From Octopus vulgaris (taxonomy: Eukaryota): a stretch of DNA of 64,000 nt. A program made the position numbers and the translations under genes. Below are positions 26,640-39,817 of the stretch, one piece after another. Location of the stretch: positions 41,912,001 to 41,976,000 of the forward strand of contig OX597828.1 in assembly GCA_951406725.2 (NCBI GenBank). Direction: 5' to 3'. Numbering within the stretch: position 1 is the first letter of the stretch; the number at the start of each line of letters is the position of its first letter. The notes below the pieces were generated by a model. It had not been told where the DNA came from, did no database searches, and saw only the letters and a program-made list of their open reading frames with translations.

Positions 26640-28570
26640 CTTCGTAGGAACTTTCCAGGAAGTTCTTCCTCCGCTCATCCCCTTCCTCGTAATTTCCAGG
26701 AAGTTCTTGTCCCTCCTCCCTTTCTTGGGAATTTTCCAGGAAGTCCTTTCTTCCATCCTACCGTTCAACGGAACTTTCCAGGAATTCGTTCCTCCCTTCC
26801 TCGTATCATTCTAGGTAGTTCTTCCTCCTCTCCTCCACTTCCTCTGAACTTTCCAGGTAGTTCCTCTGAACATTCCAGGATTTCCTTCCTCTCTCGTCCC
26901 CTTCATCGGAACATTCCTCCTCCCTCTCATACCTCGGAACATTCCAGGAAGTCCTTCCCTCTCCTGCCCTTCCTCGGAGGTTTCCAGGAAGTCCTTCATC
27001 CACACATTGAACTTTCCAGGAAGTTCTTCCATCCCTCCTCCCCTTCCACGAAACTTTAAAGGAAATTATTCCTCCCCATTATCCCCTTTCTCGGAACTGT
27101 CCAGGATGTCCTTCATCCCCTTCCGTGGAATATCCAGTAAGTTCTTCCTCCCCTTCTCCCTTCCTAGCCCTCCTTGGAACTTTCCAGGAAGTCCTTCCTC
27201 CCATGCTTGGAACTTTCCAGGAATGTCTGTCTCCCTTCCTCATGGGAACGTTCTAGGAAGTCCTTCCTCAGAAGTTTCCATGAAGTTCTTCCCCTCTCTC
27301 CTCTTCCTCAGAAGTTTCAGGAAGTCTTTCCCATCATCCCCTTCCTCGGAACTTTCCATGATGTTCTTCCTCCCCTTCCCAGGAATTTCTAGGAAGTCCT
27401 TGCCCGTCTTCCCTTCCTGGGAGCTTTCCAGAAAGTCCTTCTTTTCCTCATTTGAACATTTCAGGAAGTTCCTCAATCCCTTCTCCACCTCCTCGGAAGT
27501 TTCCAGGAAATTCTTTCTCAACGTCCTTGGACCTATCCCAGGATATCCTTCCTCCCCTCCTAGTAAATTTTCAGGGATTTCGTCCCTTCCTCGGAACTTT
27601 CCAAGAAGTCCTTCCTCCCATCCTTGGAACTTTTCAGGAAGTTCTGCCTCCCCGCCCCGTGGGAACTTTCCAAGAAGTCCTTCCGCGGAACTTTCCATTA
27701 CGACTTCCTCCTCCTGCCCTTGCTTGGAACTTTCCAGGATATTCTTCCACACCTGCTTTCCCTTCCTCGGAATTTTCAAGGAAGTTCTTCCTCCCCATCC
27801 TCGCTTCCTCAGAACTTTCCAGAATGTTCTTCCTCCTCTCCCCCTTCCTAGGAATTCCCAGGAAGTCCTTGCCACTCTTTCTCTTCCTGTGAAATTTCCA
27901 GGAATTCCTCCCCTTCTTTGGAATCTTCCAGGAAGTCCATCCTCGCCTCCCTTTCCCCGGAACTTTCCAGGAATTCGTTCCTCCCTTTCTCGGACCTTTC
28001 TGGGAAGTTCTTCCTCCCCTTCCTCGGAACTTACCATGATATCCTTCCTCTCTCCTCCCATTCCTCTGAATATTCCAGGAAGCTCTTCCTCCGTTTCCTC
28101 TCCTTCCTCGGAACTTTCCAGAATGTCCTTCCTCCCTTTTCACGTTACTTTCCACGAAATTCTTCCTCCCCTCCTCCTCTTCATAGGATGTTTCCAGGAA
28201 TTCCTTACCCCAACCACCCTTCCTGGGAATTTGCGAAGAAGTCCTCCCCTTCCTGGGGATTTTCCATGAAGTCTTTCCTGCCCTCCTCCCTTCCTCGGAA
28301 TTTCCAGGATTTTGTTCCTCCCCTCTTCGGACCATTTCATGAAGTTACTCCTCCCCTCTTCCCCTACTTGAAACTTTCCAGGATGTTCTTCCTCTCTCTC
28401 CTCCCCTTCCTCGGAACGTTGCAGGAAATTCTCTTTTCCTCCCCTCCCATTCCTCGGAACTTTCCAGGAAGTCTTTCCCCCATCCTGGCTTTCCTCGGAT
28501 CTTTCTTGGAAGTATTTCCTCCGCACCTTGGAACTTTCCAGGACATTCTTCCACGGCTGAACACTTCCCC
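26640..28570. repeat. Degenerate minisatellite, unit ~30-45 bp, core GGAACTTTCCAGGAAGT plus C/T-rich linker
   Basis: Core recurs throughout ~1.9 kb with strong purine/pyrimidine strand bias. Confidence 0.92.
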
Positions 28571-28683
28571 CAAAATTTCATGCTCTGCTGCTATTTCTCG
28601 TAGGTCAAGTAAGCACAAAGAAACCTCTCGTTACATATGCTTTGCTAACGTGTCCTATCATCTCTAGTGGAATATCTAGAAAT

Positions 28684-28805
28684 AGGCGCAGGCATGGCTG
28701 TGTAGTAAGAAGTTTGCTTCCCAGCTGCATGATTCCAGGTTCACTCCCGCTGTGTGGTACCTTATGTAAGTGTCTTTCTACTATTGCTCCAGGCCGACCA
28801 AAACC
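28684..28805 (+). mobile_element. SINE family B, 5' part
   Basis: aggcgcaggcatggctgtgtagtaagaagtttgcttccc...ggccgaccaaa. Confidence 0.8.
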
Positions 28806-29737
28806 ACGACGCTTTTGCCCATAGATATCTATTATGAGTTATAGTCAGTTGAAATATTTTGGAGACACGCGATCAATTTCTTCTAGAAAACTACATGACT
28901 TCTCTCTACGTAATGATATATCATTAATCATCACACATTTAACTCTAACAAACGCAAGCGGTTAGAATAGTTTTTAGGAAAGGAAATACTGCTTGACTGG
29001 TAGTTCATTATATTGATCCCAGAAGGATTAACGGCAAAGTTTATCACGGTGGCTTTTCAACTCAGAAAGTAAAGAGCCGTAACTAAATACCGATGCTCTA
29101 ACGACTCTACTAATCTACCGTCAATATTAATTACATGTTAAAATGCGATTGAATTATTTCTCCTATCCCATATCATCGGACATTTTACACGTCAATAATT
29201 TTCTGTAATAAATTTTATATTTTGCATTTATATTTAACTTTTTTTGCAATTATCGTTTATATAGCTTTTTTAATAACAAAATACTATACGGATGTTCAAA
29301 AAAGCATCAGATCTTTCCTTCTTTTCTCTCTTCTTTTCATATTTTCTCTCTGTTCTTCTCTCATTTTGGCATAGACTGGTTCTATAAATTTGCTTTAATA
29401 CACCAAAATATATAGTGAAGCCTTTCCTTTACCTTCTTTGCCAATTTAAAATATTTTATTTCCTTCTTTAAGTCCTCTTCATTTCAGATTACATATACTG
29501 TATTTATGTATGCGTATATTCTTGCATGCATGTATGTATGTATGTATGTATGTATGTATGTATGAATATTCTCTTTCTCTTTTTAATTTAGAGTTAATTT
29601 TGACCGGCCATCTGCTTTGTAGCAAGGCTATGAAGGAAGGCATCGTGTTTTGTTCATTATCCTTCAAATGTATGTCTATAGTGTATGAAAGTATGAACGA
29701 GCATTTGTGTATATGTGAATATATATGTCTATGTATA

Positions 29738-29805
<68 letters not shown>

Positions 29806-29881
29806 CATACATACATATACATATATATATGTATATAAACGAGTATTTGTGTATATGTGAATAAAAATGTATATGTATATG

Positions 29882-29951
<70 letters not shown>

Positions 29952-30105
29952 ATATATATGTATATGAACGAGTATTTGTGTATATATGAATAAATATGTA
30001 TATGTATATATATATATACATATACATACATATATATATATCTATATCTATATATATAAATATATGTATTTATCTATTGATATATATATACATATATACA
30101 TATAT

Positions 30106-30154
<49 letters not shown>

Positions 30155-30554
30155 TATATACTAGATATATATACATATATATATATGTATATGTATATAT
30201 GTGTGTATGTGTATATCTGTATGCGTGTGTGTATGTATGTATATGCATGTACTTATATATATATATATCAACGCAATGATATATTACATCGTTAATATAG
30301 TTTTTGTAAACACTAGATTACATGATTGCTCACATTCCCTTCCATTCCATTCACCCTGGCTTTCTTCTCATATTCTTTCATTCTCCTTCTTCCTTTATTC
30401 ATGTCTTCCACCTTTATTTTCTTCTCTTTTATGTTTGTTTTGTTTTTTCTATATCTTTCATTTTTAATCATTTTAAAATTTTCCATTACCCATACACAGC
30501 TCCACACCGTCTACATTTCGTAACCATACTTTCTTCATATTTATATTCAGCACA

Positions 30555-30925
30555 AAGATGGTGAGCTCAACAGAGATTGTCAACATGCCAGACAAAAACT
30601 ACTCCGCGGCATATTTATTCCTGTTTTACGTCCCGTGTTCAAGTTCCGCCGAGATCGATACGTTTTTTTATCCCTTCGGCATCCCTTCTCTGAAATTGCT
30701 GGCCTTGTGCCAAAGTTTGAAACCATTTATATTCAACCCTAAAATGATGACCTTGCAGAATGGTTAGCATGCTGGATTCAATGATTACCGTTTCTTCTGG
30801 GTTCAAATTCCGCTGAGGTCAAATTTGCTTTTCATACTTTACGGTCGATAAAATAAATACCGGTTGAACACAGGGGTCGATGTGATCGACAAGTCACCTC
30901 TCCAGAATCTCAGGCTTTGCACCTA
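30555..30925 (+). mobile_element. Two degenerate SINE family A copies in tandem
   Basis: gttcaagttccgccgagatcga and gggttcaaattccgctgaggtcaa...gtcgataaaataaatacc. Confidence 0.7.
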
Positions 30926-31225
30926 TAGGCACCCCCCCCCTTCGGCCATGAATGTGCATGGGATTGTACCTAGAAAGTTGCCTTCCGAGGCACAAATCCG
31001 GGCAAGGTTGTTTGTGGAAGATCAGCAGTCGTCCATGCATACCAGCTTCCACTCTCCACGCCACCGATGTTATCCAAGAGAAAGACGAAGGCCGATACAG
31101 CTTGGTACCAGTGACGTTGCTACTCATTTCTACAGCTGACTGAACTGGAGCAATGTGAAGTAAAGTGTCTTGCCCAAGAACACAATACACAACCCGGTCC
31201 GGTAATCGAACTCAATACCTCATAC
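30925..31225 (-). mobile_element. SINE family D
   Basis: Aligns by eye with 59948-60263 (cacgccaccgatgttatccaag, gaaggccgata, cccggtccgg..atcgaactc). Confidence 0.8.
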
Positions 31226-31624
31226 CCCATGGTCAGGGCAGATGAGGGGGTAACTCGCAGAGATGGGGAATGCCTGAGATTCTGCATGAAGGCTTACCCG
31301 GGAGGATCTGCAAATATACCAAAAAGTGGTGAAGCAGAAACGCGCTGCGACGGCAATTGTCCCTGCATGTTACTTGACTGGGATCGATTCGTTCGACTAA
31401 AATTCTTCAAATCATGGCCACAGGCTAATCACTGAAACAAATAAAAGATTCAAGTTAAACACATGCTTACTTCGAAACATTACTAACTTAATCAATGTGA
31501 TTACATTCTCTGCGGCCTCTTGACCTGATGGAAATGTCAACCAAAATCTACCTGAAATCGCACTTTACTGGCTTAAAAAAAAACAAGAAAAAAAAGCAGA
31601 AAGACAAGATAGTCACTCTCGAGC

Positions 31625-31685
31625 AGTGGTTCCAAAGAGGACGATGCTGCCCCTTTGGGGACGGTGGAAAGATGCATGGAGTTTA
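31625..31685 (+). mobile_element. Possible hAT/Charlie-type MITE end
   Basis: cagtggttccaaa...gcccctttggggacggtgga resembles CAGTGGTTCCCAA hAT termini; no partner TIR found. Confidence 0.3.
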
Positions 31686-31704
31686 TGAAATACCTACATA
31701 TATA

Positions 31705-31870
31705 TACAACGGGTTTCTTTAAGTTTTCGTCTATCACATTGACTCACAAGGCTTTTGACGGCCCGAGATTATAGTAGGAGACGCTTGCCCAAAATGTCAT
31801 GCAGTGGGACTGAACTTGGAACAATGTGGTTGGGAAGCAATCTTGTTACCACACAGCCACGCTTGCATCT
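31705..31870 (-). mobile_element. SINE family B, 5' half
   Basis: actcacaaggctttt...cttgccca...gcagtgggactgaac...ttaccacacagccacgcttgc. Confidence 0.8.
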
Positions 31871-31931
31871 ACGTCATATAGTACCCAACGGTTCATGAAA
31901 TACTTGTTTGTATTCAATAGCCTTCTGTTCG

Positions 31932-32018
31932 CGTGAAGGCACGTAGCTAGGTGGTTAGCGGCATTTGGCTCACGATTTTACGATCGTGAGTTCAATTCCC
32001 GTTGACGCGTTGTCTCCT
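31932..32018 (+). mobile_element. SINE family D tRNA-like head
   Basis: gtgaaggcacgtagctaggtggttagc...gagttcaattccc. Confidence 0.65.
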
Positions 32019-32019
32019 T

Positions 32020-32685
32020 CGATATAATCGACTTAATCCGTCTGTCTGTTCTTGTTTGTCCTCTCTTTGTTTAGCCCCTTGTGGGTAGTAAAGAAATAAG
32101 TATTTTGCCTGCCGCTACGTTCTGAGTTCAAATTCCGCCGAGGTCGACTTTGCCTTTCATTCTTTCGGGGTCGATAAATTAAGTACCAGTAGCATACTGG
32201 GGTCGATATATTCGACTTAATCCGTGTGTCTGTCCTTGTTTGTCCTCTCTTTGTTTAGCCCTTTGTGGGTAGTAAAGAAATAGGTATTTCGCCCGTCGCT
32301 AGGTTCTGAGTTCAAATTCCACCGAAGTCGACTTTACATTTTTATCCTTTTGTAGTCGATAAAATAAGTACCAGATGAACACCGCGATCGATATAATCGA
32401 TTTGACCTCTCACACCTGAAATTGCTGACGTTGTGCGAAAATTTAAAACCTTTATTATCAATTAACATTGCAGAAGGCGGCGGGCAAACAGAATCGTTAT
32501 CACGCCGGACAAAATGAATGTTGAGCGGCATTTCACGCCATCTTAGATCGAATTCCGCCGAGGTCGACTTTGCCTTTCATCCCCACCGGGTCGATAAAAT
32601 AAAGTATAAGTGAAGAACTGCAGTCGATGTAAGCAATTTAATTACCTCCATGCAAGTTGCTGGCATTGTGCCAAAATTAGAAAAA
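32020..32685 (+). mobile_element. SINE family A concatemer plus further copy
   Basis: Junctions at ~32100 and ~32284 (184 bp apart); new head at ~32474. Confidence 0.88.
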
Positions 32686-32763
32686 AATCTACTACTACTA
32701 CTACTACTGCTACTACTACGACTACTACGACTACTGCTGCTGCTACTGCTGCTGCTACTACTA

Positions 32764-32821
<58 letters not shown>

Positions 32822-33075
32822 AACTACTACTACTACTGCTGCTGTTGCTACTACTACTACTACTACTAGTTGTAGATGTCGCTTCGTCGTCGTCGTAGTA
32901 GAAGTCGAGATATTTTCTTTTAAATCCCTGTTCATCATCTTCGCCTGCAGTTTAGAGCGTCCACCGTTTACGTAGCAATGCGTCTCAGGAAAAAGACGCG
33001 AATCGTATCTCTATCTTCATACATACATACATACATACATACATACCCACATACATACATACATGCATACATACA

Positions 33076-33172
<97 letters not shown>

Positions 33173-33178
33173 ATACAT

Positions 33179-33210
<32 letters not shown>

Positions 33211-33385
33211 TTTTTTTTTTTTTTTTTTTCTTTTGTAATTCTCCACCACCGAGTGTCTTGTCACCCTTGGATTACATCCCATTTTTGTCACCCACTTCAT
33301 TCGCATTGTTTTCTTTTCTTGGCGAATTTCTCTCCTCTTCCTAATTTTTAACCTCTGAATTTACCGTCGCTTGCACGCACCCAGA

Positions 33386-33446
33386 GCATACACACAAATA
33401 CATACATACATATATACATACATACATACATACATACATACATACA

Positions 33447-33480
<34 letters not shown>

Positions 33481-33850
33481 CATACATACATACATACATA
33501 CATACATACATTCATACATACATACATACATACATACATACATACATACATACATACATACATACATACATGCACACATACATACATACATGCATGCATA
33601 CATACATACATACATACATGCATACATGCATGCATACATACATACATACATACATACATACATACATACATACATGCATGCATACATACATACATATATA
33701 CATACATACATACATACATACATACATGCATGCATGCATACAAACATACATACATACATGCATGCATACATGCATACATACATACATGCATGCATACATA
33801 CATACATACATACATACATACATACATACATTCATACATACATACATGCA
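33386..33850. repeat. (CATA)n/(CATG)n tetranucleotide array
   Basis: Direct reading. Confidence 0.95.
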
Positions 33851-34157
33851 TACACACTCATGCACATACGCAGACATAGAGACATCGTTACATACGTAGA
33901 GCAACACAAACGTGTACAAATGTATACTTGTATACGTATATAGTTATATACACACATCTGTCTAAATATCTTCGCGTGTGTGGATATTCCTGTACACACA
34001 GACAGACACACGCGCTCACGCATGCAACTATACACACACACACACACACAAACACTATACATTATACATACATACACAAATACAATGCCCTATTTTTCTC
34101 CATTTTCTTTGTTATACGCTCATTATATTACGTTTATTTTTACATGTGTTTATGTAT

Positions 34158-34219
<62 letters not shown>

Positions 34220-34994
34220 ACACACACACACACACATACACACACACACATAATACGTCTGTCTGTCTTTCAATATATAATGTACACACACATATACTTG
34301 TATGTATGTATGTATGTATGTATGTATGTGTGTATGTATGTGTGTGTGTCTGTATATGTATATGTGTATGTGTATGTATTTCTGTGTGTATGCATGTATG
34401 TGTGTGTGTATGTATATATATTTATGTATGTGTGTAGGTGTGTGTATGTATGTGTTTATATGCATTCATGTATACATGTATGTGTGTATGTATGTGTGTG
34501 TGTCAATATTTGTATATGTGTATGTGCATGTATTTCTGTGTGTATGCATGTATCTGTGTGTGTATGTATATATTTATGTATGTGTGTATGTGTGTGTATG
34601 TATGTATGTGTGTATATGTATATGTGTATGTGTGTGTATGTCTGTGTGCATGTATGTGTGTGTGTGTATGTCTGTGTGCATGTATGTGTCTGTGTGCATG
34701 TATGTATGCGTGTGTGTATATGTATGTATTTAGGTATGTGTGTGTATGTATGTATGTGTAAATATGTGTGTGTGTAAGTATGTGTGTGTGTATGTATGTA
34801 TGTATCTATGCATATATGTATGCTTGCGCACGTATGAATATACGTATACATACACATACACTCACGCACACAGAAGTATATAACAACACACACACACACA
34901 TATATATGCACAATGCACAAATATATATGTGTATATCTATACTTAAATATGTATGTATGTATGTATGTATGTATATATGAGTGTGTCTACACAG

Positions 34995-35064
<70 letters not shown>

Positions 35065-35567
35065 GCACACACACACACACACACATATACACGTTTACAC
35101 GCACACAGGCACCCAGAAATGCATGTCAGTCTTCATGTGTGTCGTACAAAATTCGTGCCCCTCCCAGTTCTCAATTCTCCATAGTCCATGTCTTGCCTTA
35201 ATTCTCTCTCTCTCTCTCTCTGCATATCACCACCACCACCACCACCACCACCACCACCACCACCACCACCACCACCACAACCACCATCCGACGACCACCA
35301 CCACCACCAACAGCGCCGCCGCCGCTGCCGTCACTTCCACTGCCGCCGCCGCCGCCGCCGCTTCGCCAACCAATATCTGTAATTATTCTACGGTAATTAT
35401 TACTATTGCTACACACCACCTCTTCAAAAGTCGGTTGATCCTACTATTACTACTACCACTACTACTACCGCTGCAACCACAGTCATTACCACTGCAGCCA
35501 CAACCACAACCACAACCACAACAACCACAAAACAAAGTTAGTCTCTCCACAACCGTTACTGCTGCTG

Positions 35568-35618
<51 letters not shown>

Positions 35619-35723
35619 GTGCTGCTACTGCTGCTGCTGCTACTACCACCATCACCACCACCATCACCACCACCACCACCACCATCACTACCACCGCCAC
35701 CACCGCCACTCCTCCTTCTCATG

Positions 35724-35791
<68 letters not shown>

Positions 35792-36189
35792 ACTACTACC
35801 ACCATCACCGCCACCATCACCACCATCACCACTACCACCACCACCATCATCATCATCACTACCACCGCCACCACCGCCACTCCTCCTTCTACTACTACTA
35901 CTACTACTACTACTACTGTCACATTGAACATCCGCATGTCATTGCTGCAATTAAAACAACCAGCGCCACTACTACAACCGTGGCTACTACCTCCACCGTA
36001 ACCACAAAAGCAACTACCACCAATACAACATGCCAACACAACAAACATTTATACCACAATACGAAGATGGCTTCACAAATACCACTACCACCACCACCAC
36101 CACTACCACCACCACTACCACCATCATCATTACCACTACTACCATGCAACACCAACACCACCACCATCGCCAATACTACAACCACCACC

Positions 36190-37260
36190 ATCCTCATGAC
36201 CACCACCACCAATGTCGTTATCATATCACCACCACAACCACCACCAACAACGACAGCATCAGCAACAACAACCACCCACAATATCATGACCACCACCACC
36301 GATGCCATTGTCATCATACTTACCACAACCATCACAATCACCATCACCACCACCACCACCATCGCCACTACTACAACCACCACCACCCTCGCCACTACTA
36401 CAACCACCACCACCGATGCCATTGTCATCATACTTACCACTACCACTACCACCACCACCACCACAACCACCAACAACAACGACAGCATCAGCAACAACAA
36501 CCACCCACAATATCATGACCACCACCACCGATGTCATTGTCATCATACTTGCCACTACCATCACAATCACCATCACCACCACCACCACCATCGCCACTAC
36601 TACAACCACCACCACCGATGTCATTGTCATCATACTTACCACTACCACTACCACCACCACAACCACCACCAACAACGACAGCATCAGCAACAACAACCAC
36701 CCACAATATCATGACCACCACCACCGATGCCATTGTCATCATACTTACCACAACCATCACAATCACCATCACCACCACCACCACCCTCGCCACTACTACA
36801 ACCACCACCACCGATGCCATTGTCATCATACTTACCACTACCACTACCACCACCACAACCACCACCAACAACGACAGCATCAGCAACATGACCACCACCA
36901 CCGATGCCATTGTCATCATACTTACCACAACCATCACAATCACCATCACCACCACCACCACCCTCGCCACTACTACAACCACCACCACCGATGCCATTGT
37001 CATCATACTTACCACAACCATCACAACCACCATCACCACCACCACCACCATCGCCACTACTACAACCACCACCACCCTCGCCACTACTACAACCACCACC
37101 ACCGATACCATTGTCATCATACTTACCACTACCATCACAATCACCATCACCACCACCATAGCCACTACTACAACCATCACCACCACCACCGATGTCATTG
37201 TCATCATACTTGCCACTACCACTACCACCACCACTACCACTACCACCACCACTACCACTA
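36190..37260. repeat. Higher-order minisatellite built from trinucleotide modules
   Basis: Module accaccaccgatg(c/t)cattgtcatcatact recurs about ten times with alternating companion modules. Confidence 0.9.
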
Positions 37261-37669
37261 CCACCACCACTACCACTACCACTACCACCACCACTACTAC
37301 CACCACTACCAACAACAACAACAACCACCCACCACCACAACTAACACAACTACACACACACAGCACCACTACTACACCTATTACCAACTACTACCGCCAC
37401 AGCCACCACCACCATCATTACCATTGCTAATGCTACTGCTGCAACTGCAATCTCCACTGCAGCTTGAACGGTAAGAGGTAACAGTGTGAAATTGCCCCAA
37501 CAGCAGTTGAGTCCCACCCCGTTCGAGTGGTTGGTAGAGCAGAAAGTCTCACAGACCCCCGGGGGGCTTAGGTTTAGTTTAACACCAACAACATATGAAA
37601 CCAGACAAAACCGGAAATACCACCCATCCCCCCACCCGACCAGCTCACATTCGTTACAACTACAACAAT

Positions 37670-38115
37670 AAGGATGGCGACAACGACGATGATGATGACG
37701 ATGATGATGACGATGATGATGTCGATGAAGGGGAGGGGGATGACGTTGATGACGACGGTGATGATGACGACGATGATGATGTTGACGATGACGGTGATGA
37801 TGATCATGATGATGCTGAGGATAATGATTATAATGATGATGATGATGACGGTGATGATGGTGATGATGATCATGATGATGCTGAGGATAATGATGATGAT
37901 GAGGACGAACATGAAGATGATGACGATGATAAAGATGATGATGAAGATGATGATGATGACGATGATGATGACGATGATGATGATGATGACGATGATGATG
38001 GCGATGATGATGATGACGATGATGATGGCGATGATGATCATGATGATGCTGAGGAAAATGATGATGATAATGATCATGATGATGACGACGATAATGATAA
38101 TGATGTTGATGGTAA
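37670..38115. repeat. (GAT)n imperfect array
   Basis: Direct reading. Confidence 0.95.
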
Positions 38116-38127
38116 AAGATGATTCTG

Positions 38128-38691
38128 ATAACGTAACGACAGACGAAATACGGCTACGCATTTCGCTCGGCGTGCTAACGGTTCTTATTTATTTACTACC
38201 CACAAGGGGCTACACACAGATGGGACAAACTGGGACAGACAAAACGGATTAAGTCGATTACATCGACCCCAGTGCGTAACTGGTACTTATTTAATCGACC
38301 CCGAAAGGATGAAAGGCAAAGTCGACCTCGCCGGAATTTGAACTCAGAACGTAAAGACAGACGAAATACCTATTTCTTTACTACTCACAAGGGCCTAAAC
38401 ACGGAGGGGACAAACAAGGACAGACAAACGATTAAGTCGATTATATCGACCCCAGTGCGTAACTGGTACTTATTTTATCGACCCCGAAAGGATGAAAGGC
38501 AAAGTCGACCTCGGCGGAATTGAACGTAGCGGCAGACGAAATACCTATTTCTTTACTACCCACTAGGGGCTAAACACAGAGAGGACAAACAAGGACAGAC
38601 GAACGGAATTTGATCTTAGAACGTAACGGCAGACGAAATACGGCTACGCATTTCGCCCGGCGTGCTAAAGTTTCTGCCAGCTCGCCGCCTT
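38128..38691 (-). mobile_element. SINE family A concatemer
   Basis: Junctions aaatac|ctatttcttt at ~38368 and ~38543; head ends ccagctcgccgcctt at 38691. Confidence 0.9.
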
Positions 38692-38797
38692 ATTTATAAC
38701 TGAATATTATTTGGCATGCTCATATTTTTTGCCAGTTAACCACACTCAGTATGTACTTGGTCTTCATTTCAGCTTTATTATAATTACAATTAATCTA

Positions 38798-39659
38798 AAG
38801 CCGGCAGACTTGTTAGCACGCTGGGCGAAGTGCTTAGCGGTATTTGACCCGTCTGTCGCTACCTTCTGAGTTCAAAGTCCGCCGAGGTTGACTTTGCCTT
38901 TCATCCTTTCGGAGTCGATTAAATAAGTACCAGTTACGCACTGGGGTCGATATGATCGGCTTAATCCGTTTGTCTGTCCTTGTTTGTCCCTTCTGTGTTT
39001 AGCCTCCTGTGGGTAATAATGAAATAGGTATTTGACCCGTCCCCACGTTCTGTGTTCAAATTCCGCCGAGGTCGACTTTACCTTTAATCCTTTCGGGGGT
39101 CGATAAAATAATTAACAGTTGCGCACTGGGGTCGATGTCATCAACTTGTCTCCTTACCCCAAAATGGCCACCCTTGTGGCAAAATTTGAAACCATTATTA
39201 TTAAGGTGGCGAGCTGACAGAATCGTTAGTATGCCGGGTAGAAATGCTTTGCGGAATTTCGTCTGTCTCCACCTTGTGAATTCAAATTCCACCGAGGCCG
39301 ACTTTGCCATTCATATTTTGGGGACGATAAAATTAATACCAGTTTCGCACTGGGGTCGATGTAATCGACTCTCCCTTTCTCCCTAAAATTTCAGGACTTG
39401 TGCATAGAGTAGAACGTTTTTATTATTATTACAGTTATTTTAAAGGCGGCGAGTTGGCAGAATCGTTAGCACGCCGAGCAAAATGCTAAACGGCGTTTAG
39501 TCTGTCTTTATGTTCTGAGTTCAAATTTTATCGAGATCCACCTTGCATTTCCTTCTTTGGGGATCGATAAAATAAGTACCAGTTGTGTGCTGGGTTCGAT
39601 GTAATCGATTAGCCCCCTCCCTACCACAAATTTCAGCATTGTACCTTTGTAGAAAGGAC

Positions 39660-39660
<1 letters not shown>
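38798..39660 (+). mobile_element. Cluster of SINE family A copies (dimer plus two monomers)
   Basis: Heads at ~38798, ~39203, ~39442; junction at ~39028; (TTA)n tails. Confidence 0.88.
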
Positions 39661-39690
<30 letters not shown>

Positions 39691-39817
39691 TAAGTGTCCT
39701 TGGACGGAAATCTTTCGTCACACATCGTGTGTCTACTCCCGTTAGAAATTGTAATAACAAAAATGTAAAAATATTTTATGCTGTATAGAAATATAAACAA
39801 TAAAAATGTATATGAAA

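Noticed and set aside
27007-28269. 420-aa Pro/Ser/Phe-rich ORF and overlapping antisense ORFs
   Set aside because: The minisatellite composition is stop-poor on both strands; unit lengths are not multiples of three and peptides cycle through the frames.
26640-28570. CRISPR-like repeat-spacer appearance
   Set aside because: Repeats are degenerate, linkers are similar low-complexity C/T runs rather than unique spacers, there are no cas genes and the context is eukaryotic.
34913-37474. Mucin-like Thr/His-rich long ORFs
   Set aside because: Built from (CA)n, (ACC)n and (ACT)n repeats and open in multiple frames on both strands.
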